A DNA stretch of 64,000 nucleotides from Tubiluchus corallicola. Taxonomy: Eukaryota; Animalia; Priapulida. The position numbers were made by a program, and so were the translations under genes. The notes beneath the pieces are model-generated. The model saw only the letters and a list, made by a program, of their open reading frames with translations, did no database searches and was not told the origin of the DNA. The stretch spans positions 230,618-294,617 of the forward strand of contig JAQGDQ010000291.1 of assembly GCA_030141605.1 (NCBI GenBank). The letters run 5' to 3'. This document shows, piece after piece, positions 38,781 through 61,596 of this stretch (positions within the stretch are counted from its first letter, which is position 1; each line of letters begins with the position of its first letter).

Positions 38781-40889
38781 CCGACGTCTCACTAGGGTCA
38801 AGCAGCTGCATGGTATCGGTAGCTCGGTGGGATCCCTTAGCCGATCTGATTGACTTCATTAATGTCAGATCTCCTTCCGTGGCTGGTCGAAGCTGATTGT
38901 GGGCGGTTACTTAACAGCAGATAAAAGAGAGTAAAAACAAACAGTAATACCCCGATCTGAGGTTAATCTTCTAAAGTTTGGAATTGTTGGATACTTAGCT
39001 TCAAAATAGCTTCAAAACTTGAGTCGTAAGAAAATCCGAAATACCATTAAAATTTTCTATGTTAAGCTAACATATTATAGGCGCATAGCTTATAAATTTT
39101 TCAACTAGGCCTACCTGTGGTGTATTTACCTACTCATTAAAATTCACCAAACTAGTCCTCCCTTCAAAATTGTAATTACTCCCCCTAACTAAATTATAGT
39201 GATTTATTTCTTTGCTCAGTCTTAGCTGTATCTAAAATATTGGTATTTTTAACGTATACAGAGGCTATAGTATAGAATGCTCGCACTTGCGATACAAATA
39301 TTTTAGCCTTTCAGAAATCTAAAAGAGATATTTTGCTTTTAACAAACCGGCTAGACTACTATCGATCATAGTCACGGCGATGAAGACATTAATATTAAAG
39401 GATTGTTGACAGGGTGACTTTTACCATTCTTGTCGTGTTACTGAGCCTCGACACAAATAGTTTTACATTTGTTTTGTTAAAAAATTGTCGTGTTGCGATT
39501 CTTGGACAAAACAAAAAGAAAACATTTTAAAAAGTTGAATATTAAATGGTTATCAATGACGAATTTAGCCATAAGCGTTACAGTTTGTTGACAGCCACTT
39601 TTGACACGAAATAAAAAATAAACTAAAAATATCCGCAAGTTAAATTTGTAACGTCTCAGACGGTGCCTTGATCTTCAATAAAGCATAACATCAGGTGATC
39701 GCAGAGCGCTGCCCTGGATTAACGATTAAGCAAACTAAGCACGTGTTTAGGGGAAACAGGGTCCCACGTAATTTTTTCAAATCGAGTAATAACCCAAAAT
39801 TAAAACGTGTTTCATAATATGTTTCAAGTACGATAATGCTTATGAAAATGTGTTGATACTGAAACTAGGATAATATTACTTTCGATTTTATTGGCATTTG
39901 CTCTAAATAAATCTTACTGCAAGTTTTTCTTTTAAATTTCGAAAGATAAAATCTCATTTTACAGTTTAGTATGTTTTTATTCTGAATTACACGTATATGG
40001 GGGGGGCATAATCTTTTCAGCTCTTAGGGCCTCCTGAGGTACTAATTTAGCCTTGGGAGAGTGCAAAGCAACTCAGTGTCATGATGACTTCCAAGGCAAA
40101 ATTTAACGCTAAAGAAATTTCCAATCTATAGCGATGTATAGCGATCTCTCCATTGAATTTAGTAAACCTATTTAATCGCGTTGCAGATAGAAGCTTCATA
40201 GACAATTTTCAGTCTTGTTTGACGTTCAATACAGGCTGTATAGCTTAGCGTGTGTTTAGTACAAAAACGTCAGAAAAACTGCTGCAAGAACTAGAACTTT
40301 TTGACGCTTTTAATTCACTATTTCTGCTAAAAATGCCCAAAGCAGCCGCCTAGCAGCGCCCATGAATGTGCAATTTCCGAATGATATAATTTCACACGAA
40401 TTCGCTAATTAATTTAACCCTTATAGCAAGGTCCACTCATTTTAACGATCTTGTAGAACGGTTAATACAGCTATTGATAAATCACACAAGAGAGAGAGCC
40501 ACGATCGTCGGTAAAAGAAAGTACTGAGTTCTAGAAACGCCACAGACTGAATTTTGTACAAGAAACCACCATCAAGAAGTAAATTGCAATCTACAATCAA
40601 AAATAACAAGATACTACTATGATGCCGAGACTATCTTTGTCTCAAGGAAAGAGTTATTATTTGTGACTCTCAATAAAGTAATACCAGAGTAGGAAGAGTT
40701 TTAATTTGTGACTTTTAAGAAATGGACACACGGGTAGAAAGAGTTATTTTCATTGTCCGACTGAGCAAAGATGTGAACCAGAAAATCGCCAGAATGGGTA
40801 ACGCGTTAGGATTCGTTGCTGCTGTTGCTGGGCAAAAGTTTCACAGGGAAAATTATTGGTTCGTAAAATGCTGGAGGCCATTTAAACCG

Positions 40890-40956
40890 TATATAATAAA
40901 TGTGATCCCTGGATTTGCTCCTTGTAGGGCGTGCGAGCAGGAGCTGCTGAACGAAG
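40890..40956 (+). promoter_or_regulatory. Candidate TATA box and short non-coding first exon of the tectonin gene
   Basis: TATATAA at 40890 and a consensus donor AAG|gtaagt at 40956/40957, upstream of the acceptor-bounded ATG exon. Confidence 0.5.
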
Positions 40957-41039
40957 GTAAGTTTTTAATGGTTCTTCTGATTTTGATCATTTGCGATGTG
41001 ATTTTTACAAGTTATTTGCTGGTTAAAAAGTTTACAAGT

Positions 41040-42850
41040 TCCAGTCTAGTCTATTCTACTCTACTCTGCCCTACTCTAATCTAATCTAATCTAGTTCAGC
41101 CTAGTTTAATCTAATCTAATCTACTCTCTACTTTACTCTACTCTACTCTGCTCTGCTCTGCTCTGCTCTGCTCTGCTCTGCTCTGCTCTGCTCTGCTCTG
41201 CTCTGCTCTGCTCTACTCTACTCTACTCTACTCTACTCTACTCTACTCTACTCTACTCTACTCTACTCTACTCTACTCTACTCTACTCTACTCTACTCTA
41301 CACTACTCTACTCTAGTCTAGTCTAGTCTAGTCTAGTCTAGTCTAGTCTAGTCTAATCTAATCTATTCTTATCTAGTCTAGTCTAGTCTAGTCTAGTCCA
41401 GTTGAGTCCAGTCTAATCTATTCTACTCTGCTCTGCTCTGCTCTACTCTACTCTACTCTACTCCACTCCACTCCACTCCACTCCACTCCACTCCACTCCA
41501 CTCTACTCTACTCTACTCTACTCTACTCTACTCTACTCCACTCCACTCCACTCCACTCCACTCCACTCTACTCTACTCTACTCTACTCTAGTCTGGTCTA
41601 ATCTATTCTTATCTAGTCTAGTCTAGTCTAGTCCAGTTGAGTCCAGTCTAATCTACTCTACTCTACTCTACTCTACTCTACTCTACTCTACTCTACTCTA
41701 CTCTACTCTACTCTACTCTACTCTACTCTACTCTACTCTACTCTACTCTACTCCACTCCACTCCACTCCACTCCACTCCACTCTACTCTACTCTACTCTA
41801 CTCTACTCTACTCTACTCTACTCTACTCTACTCTACTCTACTCTACACTACTCTACTCTACTCTAGTCTAGTCTAATCTAATCTATTCTTATCTAGTCTA
41901 GTCTAGTCTAGTCTAGTCCAGTTGAGTCCAGTCTAATCTATTCTACTCTGCTCTGCTCTGCTCTACTCTACTCTACTCCACTCCACTCCACTCCACTCCA
42001 CTCCACTCCACTCCACTCCACTCTACTCTACTCTACTCTACTCTACTCTACTCCACTCCACTCCACTCCACTCCACTCCACTCTACTCTACTCTACTCTA
42101 CTCTAGTCTGGTCTAATCTATTCTTATCTAGTCTAGTCTAGTCTAGTCCAGTTGAGTCCAGTCTAATCTACTCTACTCTACTCTACTCTACTCTACTCTA
42201 CTCTACTCTACTCTACTCTACTCTACTCTACTCTACTCTACTCTACTCTACTCTACTCTACTCTACTCTACTCTACTCTACTCTACTCTACTCTACACTA
42301 CTCTACTCTAGTCTAGTCTAGTCTAATCTATTCTTATCTAGTCTAGTCTAGTCTAGTCTAGTCCAGTTGAGTCCAGTCTAATCTAGTCTACTCTGCTCTG
42401 CTCTGCTCTACTCTACTCTACTCTACTCCACTCCACTCCACTCCACCCCACTCCACTCCACTCTACTCTACTCTACTCTACTCTACTCTAGTCTGGTCTA
42501 ATCTATTCTTATCTAGTCTAGTCTAGTCTAGTCCAGTTGAGTCCAGTCTAATCTACTCTACTCTACTCTACTCTACTCTACTCTACTCTACTTTACTCTA
42601 CTCTACTCTACTCTACTCTACTCTACTCTACTCTACTCTACTCTACTCTACTCTACTCTACTCTACTCCACTCTACTCCACTCCACTCCACTCCACTCCA
42701 CTCCACTCCACTCCACTCCACTCCACTCCACTCCACTCCACTCCACTCCACTCTACTCCACTCTACTCTACTCTACTCCACTCCACTCCACTCCACTCCA
42801 CTCCACTCCACTCCACTCCACTCCACTCCACTCCACTCTACTCTACTCTA
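41040..42850. repeat. Compound pentanucleotide microsatellite (CTCTA/CTCTG/CTCCA/GTCTA) with higher-order structure
   Basis: direct reading. Confidence 0.95.
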
Positions 42851-43410
42851 ATCGTGTTCAAAACGAATCTATCTGTGACTTATAAACTTGCCTTCTAAAA
42901 GTAAGCTGTTGAAGCACACATGTATGCTTTAGTTTTTTTCATGACGAAATATTTTTGCGAATTTTGTTATTTGCCTCATTTTTCAAATTTATTCCTGTTT
43001 GATGAGGAGCCTAAATGATTTTAGAATGTCAGAAAAATTCGTGGTCTTACAAGCTGGTTATTTCTGGAAGGTATCCCGGAAGAGTGCAAAATGTTGACTT
43101 ACGAAGTATGAAGAGTAGTGTTAGTCTGTAGCGTCTAGCTTATAATTATACTACAACATTTATGAATACCAGGCCCAAAAATGTACTATATTTATAATAG
43201 GCACTAAAATTAAAATTTTGATTGATTCATTTATTTACAGACAATTTTAAATCTTTTGTTCTAGTACAAACTGCAAGGTCCAATGTGAAATCAATGAATA
43301 TGCAAAATATGGTCTTCAATTTTATGATTTTTAGGACTGCGACAACAACCGGCATACTCAAGCCGCTGCAGCCAATCAACAGGTCCCACGTGTCGAAGTA
43401 AACATTCGAA

Positions 43411-53440
<10,030 letters not shown>

Positions 53441-53482
53441 ACCAACCGATTCGTGTTCGTCCATAATAATAACGACGCATGG

Positions 53483-55880
53483 TCGACTGTGGCTGCGTCT
53501 TACTACTACACATAAACGCCATAGATGCTACATATCGGTTAGAATAACAAACTGGAATACCATTAGAAAAAGGATAATTATAGTAATGTAGATTTAGCAA
53601 GACTTATTTTTGAAGTATAAAGGACACGATTTAAGCACTCGTACAGCAAGAAGGTTATGAAACTCGAAGAACTGTAAATCTAATCTGTAAATGTTCCAGA
53701 ATTGATTTAAATTTTGTGCAAGGCTTCTAAGAAATTTGACAGGGAAATTATAACTGAGTTTTATTATAGGTCTTTGGCATTTGACTGTGATAGATACATC
53801 TTTACCGACAAATTTCTTTCATTGACTACGTCAGTATAAAACACGTCTACTCTCGATTCATTTGCGAGTTTTTTTTAGCAATTTGTGTTGTTATCATTTT
53901 GTACTGGTAGTTATAGTAGGCGCAATACGGAGATAATAGGTAAACGACTAAGTTTGTTCTTATGATATGTTATAAACTACATAGTAAATGTGTTGTAAAG
54001 GAGATTCAGCCATAAAAATTATGTACGTAATTATGTATTGTGAACGCAATACCGGTGAAATGTGTTCTAATTTAATAAAGGCTTTTTGTGTTCAAGACTT
54101 AAAACTAAACATTTGTTTCAGCAGTTTATTTGCGTGGATTTTAATTACTTTTTATGTACATTGCAGGCCAGAACGTTACATTATGACATGATATTACATT
54201 ACAATTCGTTACGTTATATTAGAAAACTTATATGTCATGAGATAAACTTGAATTTTGCGAATATAACTGCTCACTGAATTACACGTCTTATATTGGAACG
54301 TTTCTGTGGTTGTGTTCATTACTATTTAATATTAACTAAGTCTATCTGCTTTGCAAAATGTTCTATATACATATGTAAAGTAATGGATAGATTTTTAAGC
54401 AGAACCCGTTCATTCGAGTATATATATTAGAAATGTACTACTGCACTAAATAGCTAGAAAAAGTATCATTTTTTTAATCTCGGCGTTTTATTACAGAAAC
54501 ACGTATGTTGGACAAGTTAGTTCAGCACTTGTAGCAGCTATTATTGATTTATTGATCCTAAGAATTATTGATTTTTAAATGACAGCTATTTATTACAACA
54601 ATGTAAAAACTGCACAGCAAAATCAATATAATATAAAAATTGAAAACTTAGACAATTATACAAACTAGTCGCAGGTCTCAGAGCAGCGAATACTCGTCGT
54701 AAAATACAACACACAATTATTACAATCATCATATTGCAATGAAATTATTAATTTTTACAACACAGTGTTAATTGCATGTATTACCTGCAGCAAAGGTGAA
54801 AAGCTTCCTGATTCTGAAACTGAAGTGCATTCCAAGTAAGGAAAGTATAGACAAAAACAGCAAGCAAACAATACGTCAAAAAATTACAGTACATCAATAA
54901 TAATAAATAACTTCCGACTATTTCTCTTTTGCCTCTTAAAGGAAAGGCCAAGTCCTATGGGAAGTTTCGCTCATCTCCATGTTCACGAAAAATGCAAGAA
55001 AGGTTCAGTAATAAAAGTGCAATAAGTGTCTGGTGCAAAAAGTTTTAAAATCGCGATTATTTCACGCTTGAACGCTCTTATTTTAAACGTCAAAGTTTCC
55101 ACCAATGATGTCATTTGTCGACTGAAAAGCAAATAAGAAGCTTTTGCAAAAAATTAGACAGCTAATTTTGTGATATTTTTGTATGAACACTAGGTAAAGT
55201 GCAGAAATATGAATTAGCTCATGAAGCGTGGGTGCTTACGGAAAGCTACGATGTGCTAACGAAAAGTCACGAAGTCCACCAGTTACGTCATGATTTTCAA
55301 GTGAATGGCGGTTGCGCCTGACAACTTCTATACAGCGGCAGTATAAATGAACTTTAAGCTTTTGACAGTTTTTGCAAATTTCTTTCTTTACGTTTTCTAA
55401 ATTTAAGAGATAGTAGTAAAATAAACACAACATGCGAAATGACGTGTCCTTTCCTTTAATTTCACTCATTTCTACGAGTACTGGTTAATTTACCCAGCTG
55501 TTTTACTTAAGCTATCATCTAGGAATACATGTCGTTTAGCTATTGTAACCTTGGTGTTTGTTGCTAGGCTGCTGTTTACCTAGATAGCCAAAGCCATTAG
55601 GCTCAAAATAGATGACATCGTTTCTTGTCTTTTCTTCGGGTACTTGTATTTCTGTGATCTGTTCCATAAATTCTCCTCCTGCAATGACTGGTTCTGGGCG
55701 CGCTGTTATTGTTGGGAGTGGTGGTAACCTGGTTGCCAAAGTGGGCAGTGGTCTTGTTGCCCTTGTGGGTGGAGGCCTAGTCGCCCTTGTTGGTGGCCTG
55801 GTTGCCCTTGTGGGTGGAGGTCTAGTTGCTCTTGTTGGTGGCCTGGTTGCCCTTGTGGGTGGAGGCGGAGTCGCTCTTGT
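53483..55880. repeat. Left arm of the inverted duplication (tectonin 3' UTR, intergenic DNA, 3' end of the Pro/Thr/Arg gene)
   Basis: Reverse-complement match to 61621-64000. Confidence 0.95.
54940..55455 (-). mobile_element. MITE family A, copy 4 (intact TIRs and TTAA TSD)
   Basis: TTAA at 54936-54939 and 55456-55459; 15-bp TIR AGGAAAGG(A/C)CA(C/A)GTC. Confidence 0.85.
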
Positions 55881-57197
55881 TGGTGGCCTGGTTGCCCTTG
55901 TGGGTGGAGGTCTAGTTGCTCTTGTTGGTGGCCTGGTTGCCCTTGTGGGTGGAGGCGGAGTCGCTCTTGTTGGTGGCCTGGTTGCCCTTGTGGGAGGAGG
56001 TCTGGTTGCTCTTGTGGGTGGAGGTCTAGTCGCTCTCGTTGGTGGTCTGGTTGCCCTTGTGGGTGGAGGTCTAGTTGCTCTTGTTGGTGGCCTTGTTGCC
56101 CTTGTGGGAGGAGGTCTAGTTGCTCTTGTAAACGGCCTAGTTACTCTTGTGGGAGGAGGTCTAGTTGCTCTTGTTGGTGGCCTTGTTGCCCTTGTGGGAG
56201 GAGGTCTAGTTGCTGTTGTAAACGGCCTAGTTACCCTTGTGGGTGGCGGCCTCGTTGTTCTTATTATTGGTCTAGTTACTGGAACTCTTGTGATTCTAAC
56301 TGGAAGTGGACTAGTTGCACCTGGCTCCTGTGAAAGGTAACCTTTATGCTTGAAACTATCTTCCTGTTTATAAAGTCGGTTATACTGATCTTCATCTACT
56401 AACCGAATTTTACCTGGAATTGGTCGCTCGCGCTGTTCTTCAATATTAAATGCAAACTCTGTAGTTGGGGCCTCAGTTGTTCGAGGAGAAGTAGGTGCTA
56501 TTGTGGTTCTTCTGAAAAAACGTCTTGTTGTAGGTGCCATTGTTGTTCTTGGCGGCAACGTTGTTGCTAATGTGGTCCTTCTAAAGAAAGGTCTCCTTGT
56601 TGTAGGTGCCATTGTTGTTCTTGGTGGCTGAGTTGTTAGTAATGTGGTCCTCCTAAAGAAGGGTCTCCTTGTTGTGGGTGCCATTGTAGTTCTTGGTGGC
56701 TGAGTTGTTAGTAATGTGGTCCTCCTAAAGAAGGGCCGTCTCGTTGTAGGAGCCATTGTAGTTCTTGGCGGCTGAGTTGTTAGTAATGTGGTCCTCCTAA
56801 AGAAGGGCCGTCTCGTTGTAGGAGCCATTGTAGTTCTTGGTGGCTGAGTTGTTAGTAATGTGGTCCTCCTAAAGAAGGGCCGTCTCGTTGTAGGAGCCAT
56901 TGTAGTTCTTGGTGGCTGAGTTGTTAGTAATGTGGTCCTCCTAAAGAAGGGCCGTCCCGTTGTAGGAGCCGTTGTAGTTCTTGGTGGTAATGTGGTCCTT
57001 CTGAAAAAGCGCTCCCTTGTAGTTGGCGCGATCGTGGTAAGAGCACGTCTCGTCGTAGACGTGAGACGAACTGGCAAAGGTGGCTGAGGTGGTTCATCAT
57101 CGTCAGTCTGAGTGATGTAACCGCCATGTTTTCTGCTAAATTCTTGCTTGTACAGTACATTATATTGACTTCCTGGGATTTCTTGAGTGTTAACCAA
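55536..57197 (-). CDS. Large terminal exon of an uncharacterised Pro/Thr/Arg-rich (mucin-like, cationic) repeat protein, 553 aa
   Basis: Strong ttttttttttcag| acceptor at 57198 and TAA at 55536. Coding tandem repeats of 72 nt (24 aa) and 21/24 nt with third-position variation. Three KQxxSxKHxGY motifs in unique sequence. Confidence 0.8.
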   Translation of the reverse strand: MVNTQEIPGSQYNVLYKQEFSRKHGGYITQTDDDEPPQPPLPVRLTSTTRRALTTIAPTTRERFFRRTTLPPRTTTAPTTGRPFFRRTTLLTTQPPRTTMAPTTRRPFFRRTTLLTTQPPRTTMAPTTRRPFFRRTTLLTTQPPRTTMAPTTRRPFFRRTTLLTTQPPRTTMAPTTRRPFFRRTTLLTTQPPRTTMAPTTRRPFFRRTTLATTLPPRTTMAPTTRRFFRRTTIAPTSPRTTEAPTTEFAFNIEEQRERPIPGKIRLVDEDQYNRLYKQEDSFKHKGYLSQEPGATSPLPVRITRVPVTRPIIRTTRPPPTRVTRPFTTATRPPPTRATRPPTRATRPPPTRVTRPFTRATRPPPTRATRPPTRATRPPPTRATRPPTRATRPPPTRATRPPPTRATRPPTRATPPPPTRATRPPTRATRPPPTRATRPPTRATPPPPTRATRPPTRATRPPPTRATRPPTRATRPPPTRATRPLPTLATRLPPLPTITARPEPVIAGGEFMEQITEIQVPEEKTRNDVIYFEPNGFGYLGKQQPSNKHQGYNS

Positions 57198-57275
57198 CTG
57201 AAAAAAAAAACAATTGAACGTTTTCAAGTTTATAGTTTATGTAATTTCATTCGTTCCACATGTCAAAGTAATTGC

Positions 57276-57610
57276 AATATATATATATATATATTGTATT
57301 GTATTGTATTGTATTGTATTGTATTGTATTGTATTGTATTGTATTGTATTGTATTGTATTGTATTGTATTGTATTGTATTGTATTGCATTGCATTGCATT
57401 GCATTGCATTGCATTGCATTGCATTGCATTGCATTGCATTGCATTGCATTGCATTGCATTGCATTGCATTGCATTGCATTGCATTGCATTGTATTGTATT
57501 GTATTACATTGCATTGCACTGCACTGCACTGTATTGCACTGCACTGCATTGCATTACATTACATTGCATTGCATTGCATTGCATTGCATTGCATTACATT
57601 ACATTATACA
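57276..57610. repeat. (AT)n-(TATTG)n-(CATTG)n compound microsatellite
   Basis: direct reading. Confidence 0.95.
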
Positions 57611-57773
57611 ATAGCATGTGACATTCCAAACAGCAGGCCTGTATATTTACGGTGCAAGTGGTATAGCAAGTCACGTGATGTGCAAAAGCATAACATACAA
57701 GTGAAGCTGACGACAGATAAGAGATTCGCAGCGAGGACGGAGATGGTAATGCAGTAACACGTAAAGTTCTTAC

Positions 57774-57802
57774 CTTAACATTAACTAGTGTATGGGCTGC
57801 TA
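57774..57802 (-). CDS. Candidate micro-exon of the Pro/Thr/Arg-rich gene ((IAA)HTLVNVK)
   Basis: Donor AAG|gtaaga in phase 0 matches the 57197 acceptor; TAG-TAG-CAG tandem acceptor; weak pyrimidine tract. Confidence 0.45.
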
Positions 57803-58342
57803 CTATAACAGGTGTACTAACATATGTACTAGCAATACACAGATACAATGCAACAAAGGATGATCATGTCCCGCACACATAAAATCGTCACAACGATATT
57901 AACTAGCATTGTAGAAATTGCGAATACAACAGTTTATCAACAGACAGGTTTCTGAATAGATGTTAAGAAAAAAAAGCATTTGTCATATCTATTAAAAGCA
58001 AAATAACTATGTGTGAAAACCTTGTCCGCAACACAGCGTGGGTGAATATTTAACAAACGAGCAAATATCATACATCGTGGTACGATTAGCTTTGACTAAA
58101 TTTCGTGGACGAGTTGTGTCTGTAAATGTGCTCGGATATGAATGATAATCAGATTAAGAACATACGAATTATTACAACTTTTATGATAAACCTTCGGCTT
58201 TTTAATTATTATTTTCAAAAGATTAAAACTGTTCAGTTTGTGCAGACTCGCGTTTCTAGTTTAAGCTTTCGATTAATTGTTACAAGCTATAGACTATATA
58301 TATATATAGACTATATTACGCTATAGCGTAAGAAAATACAGA

Positions 58343-61166
58343 TGAGAAACTAGAAATTTAAGTTTGGACATTTTGCCTAGTGAACGAGAAACTAGAAATT
58401 TAAGCTTGGACATTTTGCCTAGTGAACAAGAAACTAGAAATTTAAGCTTGGACATTTTGCCTAGTGAACGAGAAACTAGAAATTTAAGCTTGGACATTTT
58501 GCCTAGTGAACGAGAAACTAGAAATTTAAGCTTGGACATTTTGCCTAGTGAACGAGAAACTAGAAATTTAAGCTTGGACATTTTGCCTAGTGAACGAGAA
58601 ACTAGAAATTTAAGCTTGGACATTTTGCCTAGTGAACGAGAAACTAGAAATTTAAGCTTGGACATCTTGCCTAGTCAACGAGAAACTAGAAATTTAAGCT
58701 TGGACGTTTTGCCTAGTCAACGAGAAACTAGAAAGTTAAGCTTGGACATTTTGCCTAGTCAACGAGAAACTAGAAAGTTAAGCTTGGACGTTTTGCCTAG
58801 TGAACGACAAACTAGAAATTTAAGTTTGGACATCTTGCCTAGTCAACGACAAACTAGAAATTTAAGCTTGGACGTTTTGCCTAGTGAACGACAAACTAGA
58901 AATTTAAGCTTGAACATTTTGCCTAGTGAACGACAAACTAGAAATTTAAGTTTGGACGTTTTGCCTAGTGAACGACAAACTAGAAATTTAAGCTTGGACG
59001 TCTTGCCTAGTGAACGACAAACTAGAAATTTAAGCTTGAACATTTTGCCTAGTGAACGAGAAACTAGAAATTTAAGCTTGGACATTTTGCTCAGTGAACG
59101 AGAAACTAGAAATTTAAGTTCGGACATTTTGCTCAGTGAACGGGAAACTAGAAATTTGAGCTTGGACATTTTGCCCAGTGAACGAGAAACTAGAAATTTA
59201 AGTTCGGACATTTTGCCTAGTGAACAAGAAACTAGAAATTTAAGCTTGGACATTTTGCCTAGTGAACGAGAAACTAGAAATTTAAGCTTGGACATTTTGC
59301 CTAGTGAACGAGAAACTAGAAATTTAAGCTTGGACATTTTGCCTAGTGAACGAGAAACTAGAAATTTAAGCTTGGACATCTTGCCTAGTCAACGAGAAAC
59401 TAGAAATTTAAGCTTGGACGTTTTGCCTAGTCAACGAGAAACTAGAAAGTTAAGCTTGGACATTTTGCCTAGTGAACGAGAAACTAGAAATTTAAGCTTG
59501 GACGTTTTGCCTAGTGAACGAGAAACTAGAAATTTAAGCTTGGACGTTTTGCCTAGTGAACGACAAACAAACTAGAAATTTAAACTTGGACATCTTGCCT
59601 AGTCAACGACAAACTGGAAATTTAAGCTTGGACGTTTTGCCTAGTGAACGACAAACTAGAAATTTAAGCTTGAACATTTTGCCTAGTGAACGAGAAACTA
59701 GAAATTTAAGCTTGGACATTTTGCTCAGTGAACGAGAAACTAGAAATTTAAGCTTGGACGTTTTGCCTAGTGAACGACAAACTAGAAATTTAAGCTTGGA
59801 CGTTTTGCCTAGTGAACGACAAACTAGAAATTTAAGCTTGAACATTTTGCCTAGTGAACGACAAACTAGAAATTTAAGCTTGGACATTTTGCCTAGTGAA
59901 CGACAAACTAGAAATTTAAGCTTGGACATTTTGCCTAGTAAACGAGAAACTAGAAATTTAAGCTTGGACATTTTGCCCAGTGAACGAGAAACTAGAAATT
60001 TAAGTTCGGACATTTTGCCTAGTGAACGAGAAACTAGAAATTTAAGCTTGGACATTTTGCCTAGTGAACGAGAAACTAGAAATTTAAGCTTGGACATTTT
60101 GCCTAGTAAACGAGAAACTAGAAATTTAAGCTTGGACATTTTGCCCAGTGAACGAGAAACTAGAAATTTAAGTTCGGACATTTTGCCTAGTGAACGAGAA
60201 ACTAGAAATTTAAGCTTGGACATTTTGCCTAGTAAACGAGAAACTAGAAATTTAAGCTTGGACATTTTGCCTAGTAAACGAGAAACTAGAAATTTAAGCT
60301 TGGACATTTTGCCTAGTGAACGAGAAACTAGAAATTTAAGTTCGGACATTTTGCCTAGTGAACGAGAAACTAGAAATTTAAGCTTGGACATTTTGCCTAC
60401 TAAACGAGAAACTAGAAATTTAAGCTTGGACATTTTGCCTAGTAAACGAGAAACTAGAAATTTAAGCTTGGACATTTTGCCCAGTGAACGAGAAACTAGA
60501 AATTTAAGCTTGGACATTTTGCCTAGTGAACGAGAAACTAGAAATTTAAGCTTGGACATTTTGCCTAGTGAACGACAAACTAGAAATTTAAGCTTGGACA
60601 TTTTGCCTAGTAAACGAGAAACTAGAAATTTAAGCTTGGACATTTTGCCCAGTGAACGAGAAACTAGAACTTTAAGTTCGGACATTTTGCCTAGTGAACG
60701 AGAAACTAGAAATTTAAGCTTGGACATTTTGCCTACTAAACGAGAAACTAGAAATTTAAGCTTGGACATTTTGCCTAGTAAACGAGAAACTAGAAATTTA
60801 AGCTTGGACATTTTGCCCAGTGAACGAGAAACTAGAACTTTAAGTTCGGACATTTTGCCTAGTGAACGAGAAACTAGAAATTTAAGCTTGGACATTTTGC
60901 CTACTAAACGAGAAACTAGAAATTTAAGCTTGGACATTTTGCCTAGTAAACGAGAAACTAGAAATTTAAGCTTGGACATTTTGCCCAGTGAACGAGAAAC
61001 TAGAACTTTAAGTTCGGACGTTTTGCCTAGTGAACGACAAACTAGAAATTTAAGCTTGGACATTTTGCCTAGTGAACGACAAACTAGAAATTTAAGCTTG
61101 GACATTTTGCCCAGTGAACGAGAAACTAGAAATTTAAGCTTGGACATTTTGCCTAGTGAACGAGAC
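58343..61166. repeat. 42-bp satellite, about 67 copies
   Basis: gaaactagaaatttaagcttggacattttgcctagtgaacga. Confidence 0.95.
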
Positions 61167-61197
61167 AATTTAGAAGCACCTGGTTGAATGTACTCAC

Positions 61198-61230
61198 TCC
61201 ATGAAGGATTTTGTTCAATCTGGTTGAATC
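61198..61230 (-). CDS. Candidate 33-nt micro-exon of the Pro/Thr/Arg-rich gene (FNQIEQNPSW)
   Basis: ttttctttcttag| acceptor and |gtgagt donor; open in phase 1, compatible with the next micro-exon. Confidence 0.45.
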
Positions 61231-61596
61231 CTAAGAAAGAAAATGATCTAACTTGATCTACATTAGTAATTGCTCTGGTTTTAAACCATCTATAATTACA
61301 TCTAGTTCAGCCATATTACTGCTATGTTGGGTGTAAAATATCATGATTTTAGCCTTTTTGACATTTAAGGAATGTAACATTTCCTAAAAGCACAATTAGC
61401 GCCATTAATTAACTTGCATAACTGGTGAGCCTTGCTCATCTGCCTGTTTGGATGTTTGCTAAATAGTTATAGAAATAGAGGTACAGAGTGATTTTAGCTC
61501 GGAAAGTAAGAATTTTCAACATGTATTGTAAAAAATGTTTGCATATAGCAAAGCTTCATCCACCCTTTAAATTTTAGCATCGAACTGTGGCAATAG

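Noticed and set aside
55612-56340. Plus-strand GGLVALV hydrophobic repeat ORF
   Set aside because: Antisense shadow of the PPTRATR coding repeats; the minus frame is longer and has a splice acceptor and unique motifs.
57774-57880. Signal-peptide first exon (SSFVALYLCIASTYVS) for the Pro/Thr/Arg gene
   Set aside because: The nearby ATGs (57867, 57880) are out of frame and hit TAG stops. It would need a 1-nt indel, so it is not called, although a consensus error cannot be excluded.
58364-61187. 403-, 543- and 521-aa ORFs on both strands with LRR-looking repeats (ETRNLSLDILPSER)
   Set aside because: Stop-free frames of a 42-bp satellite; a 4-nt insertion at about 59567 shifts the frame, and there is no unique domain or splice support.
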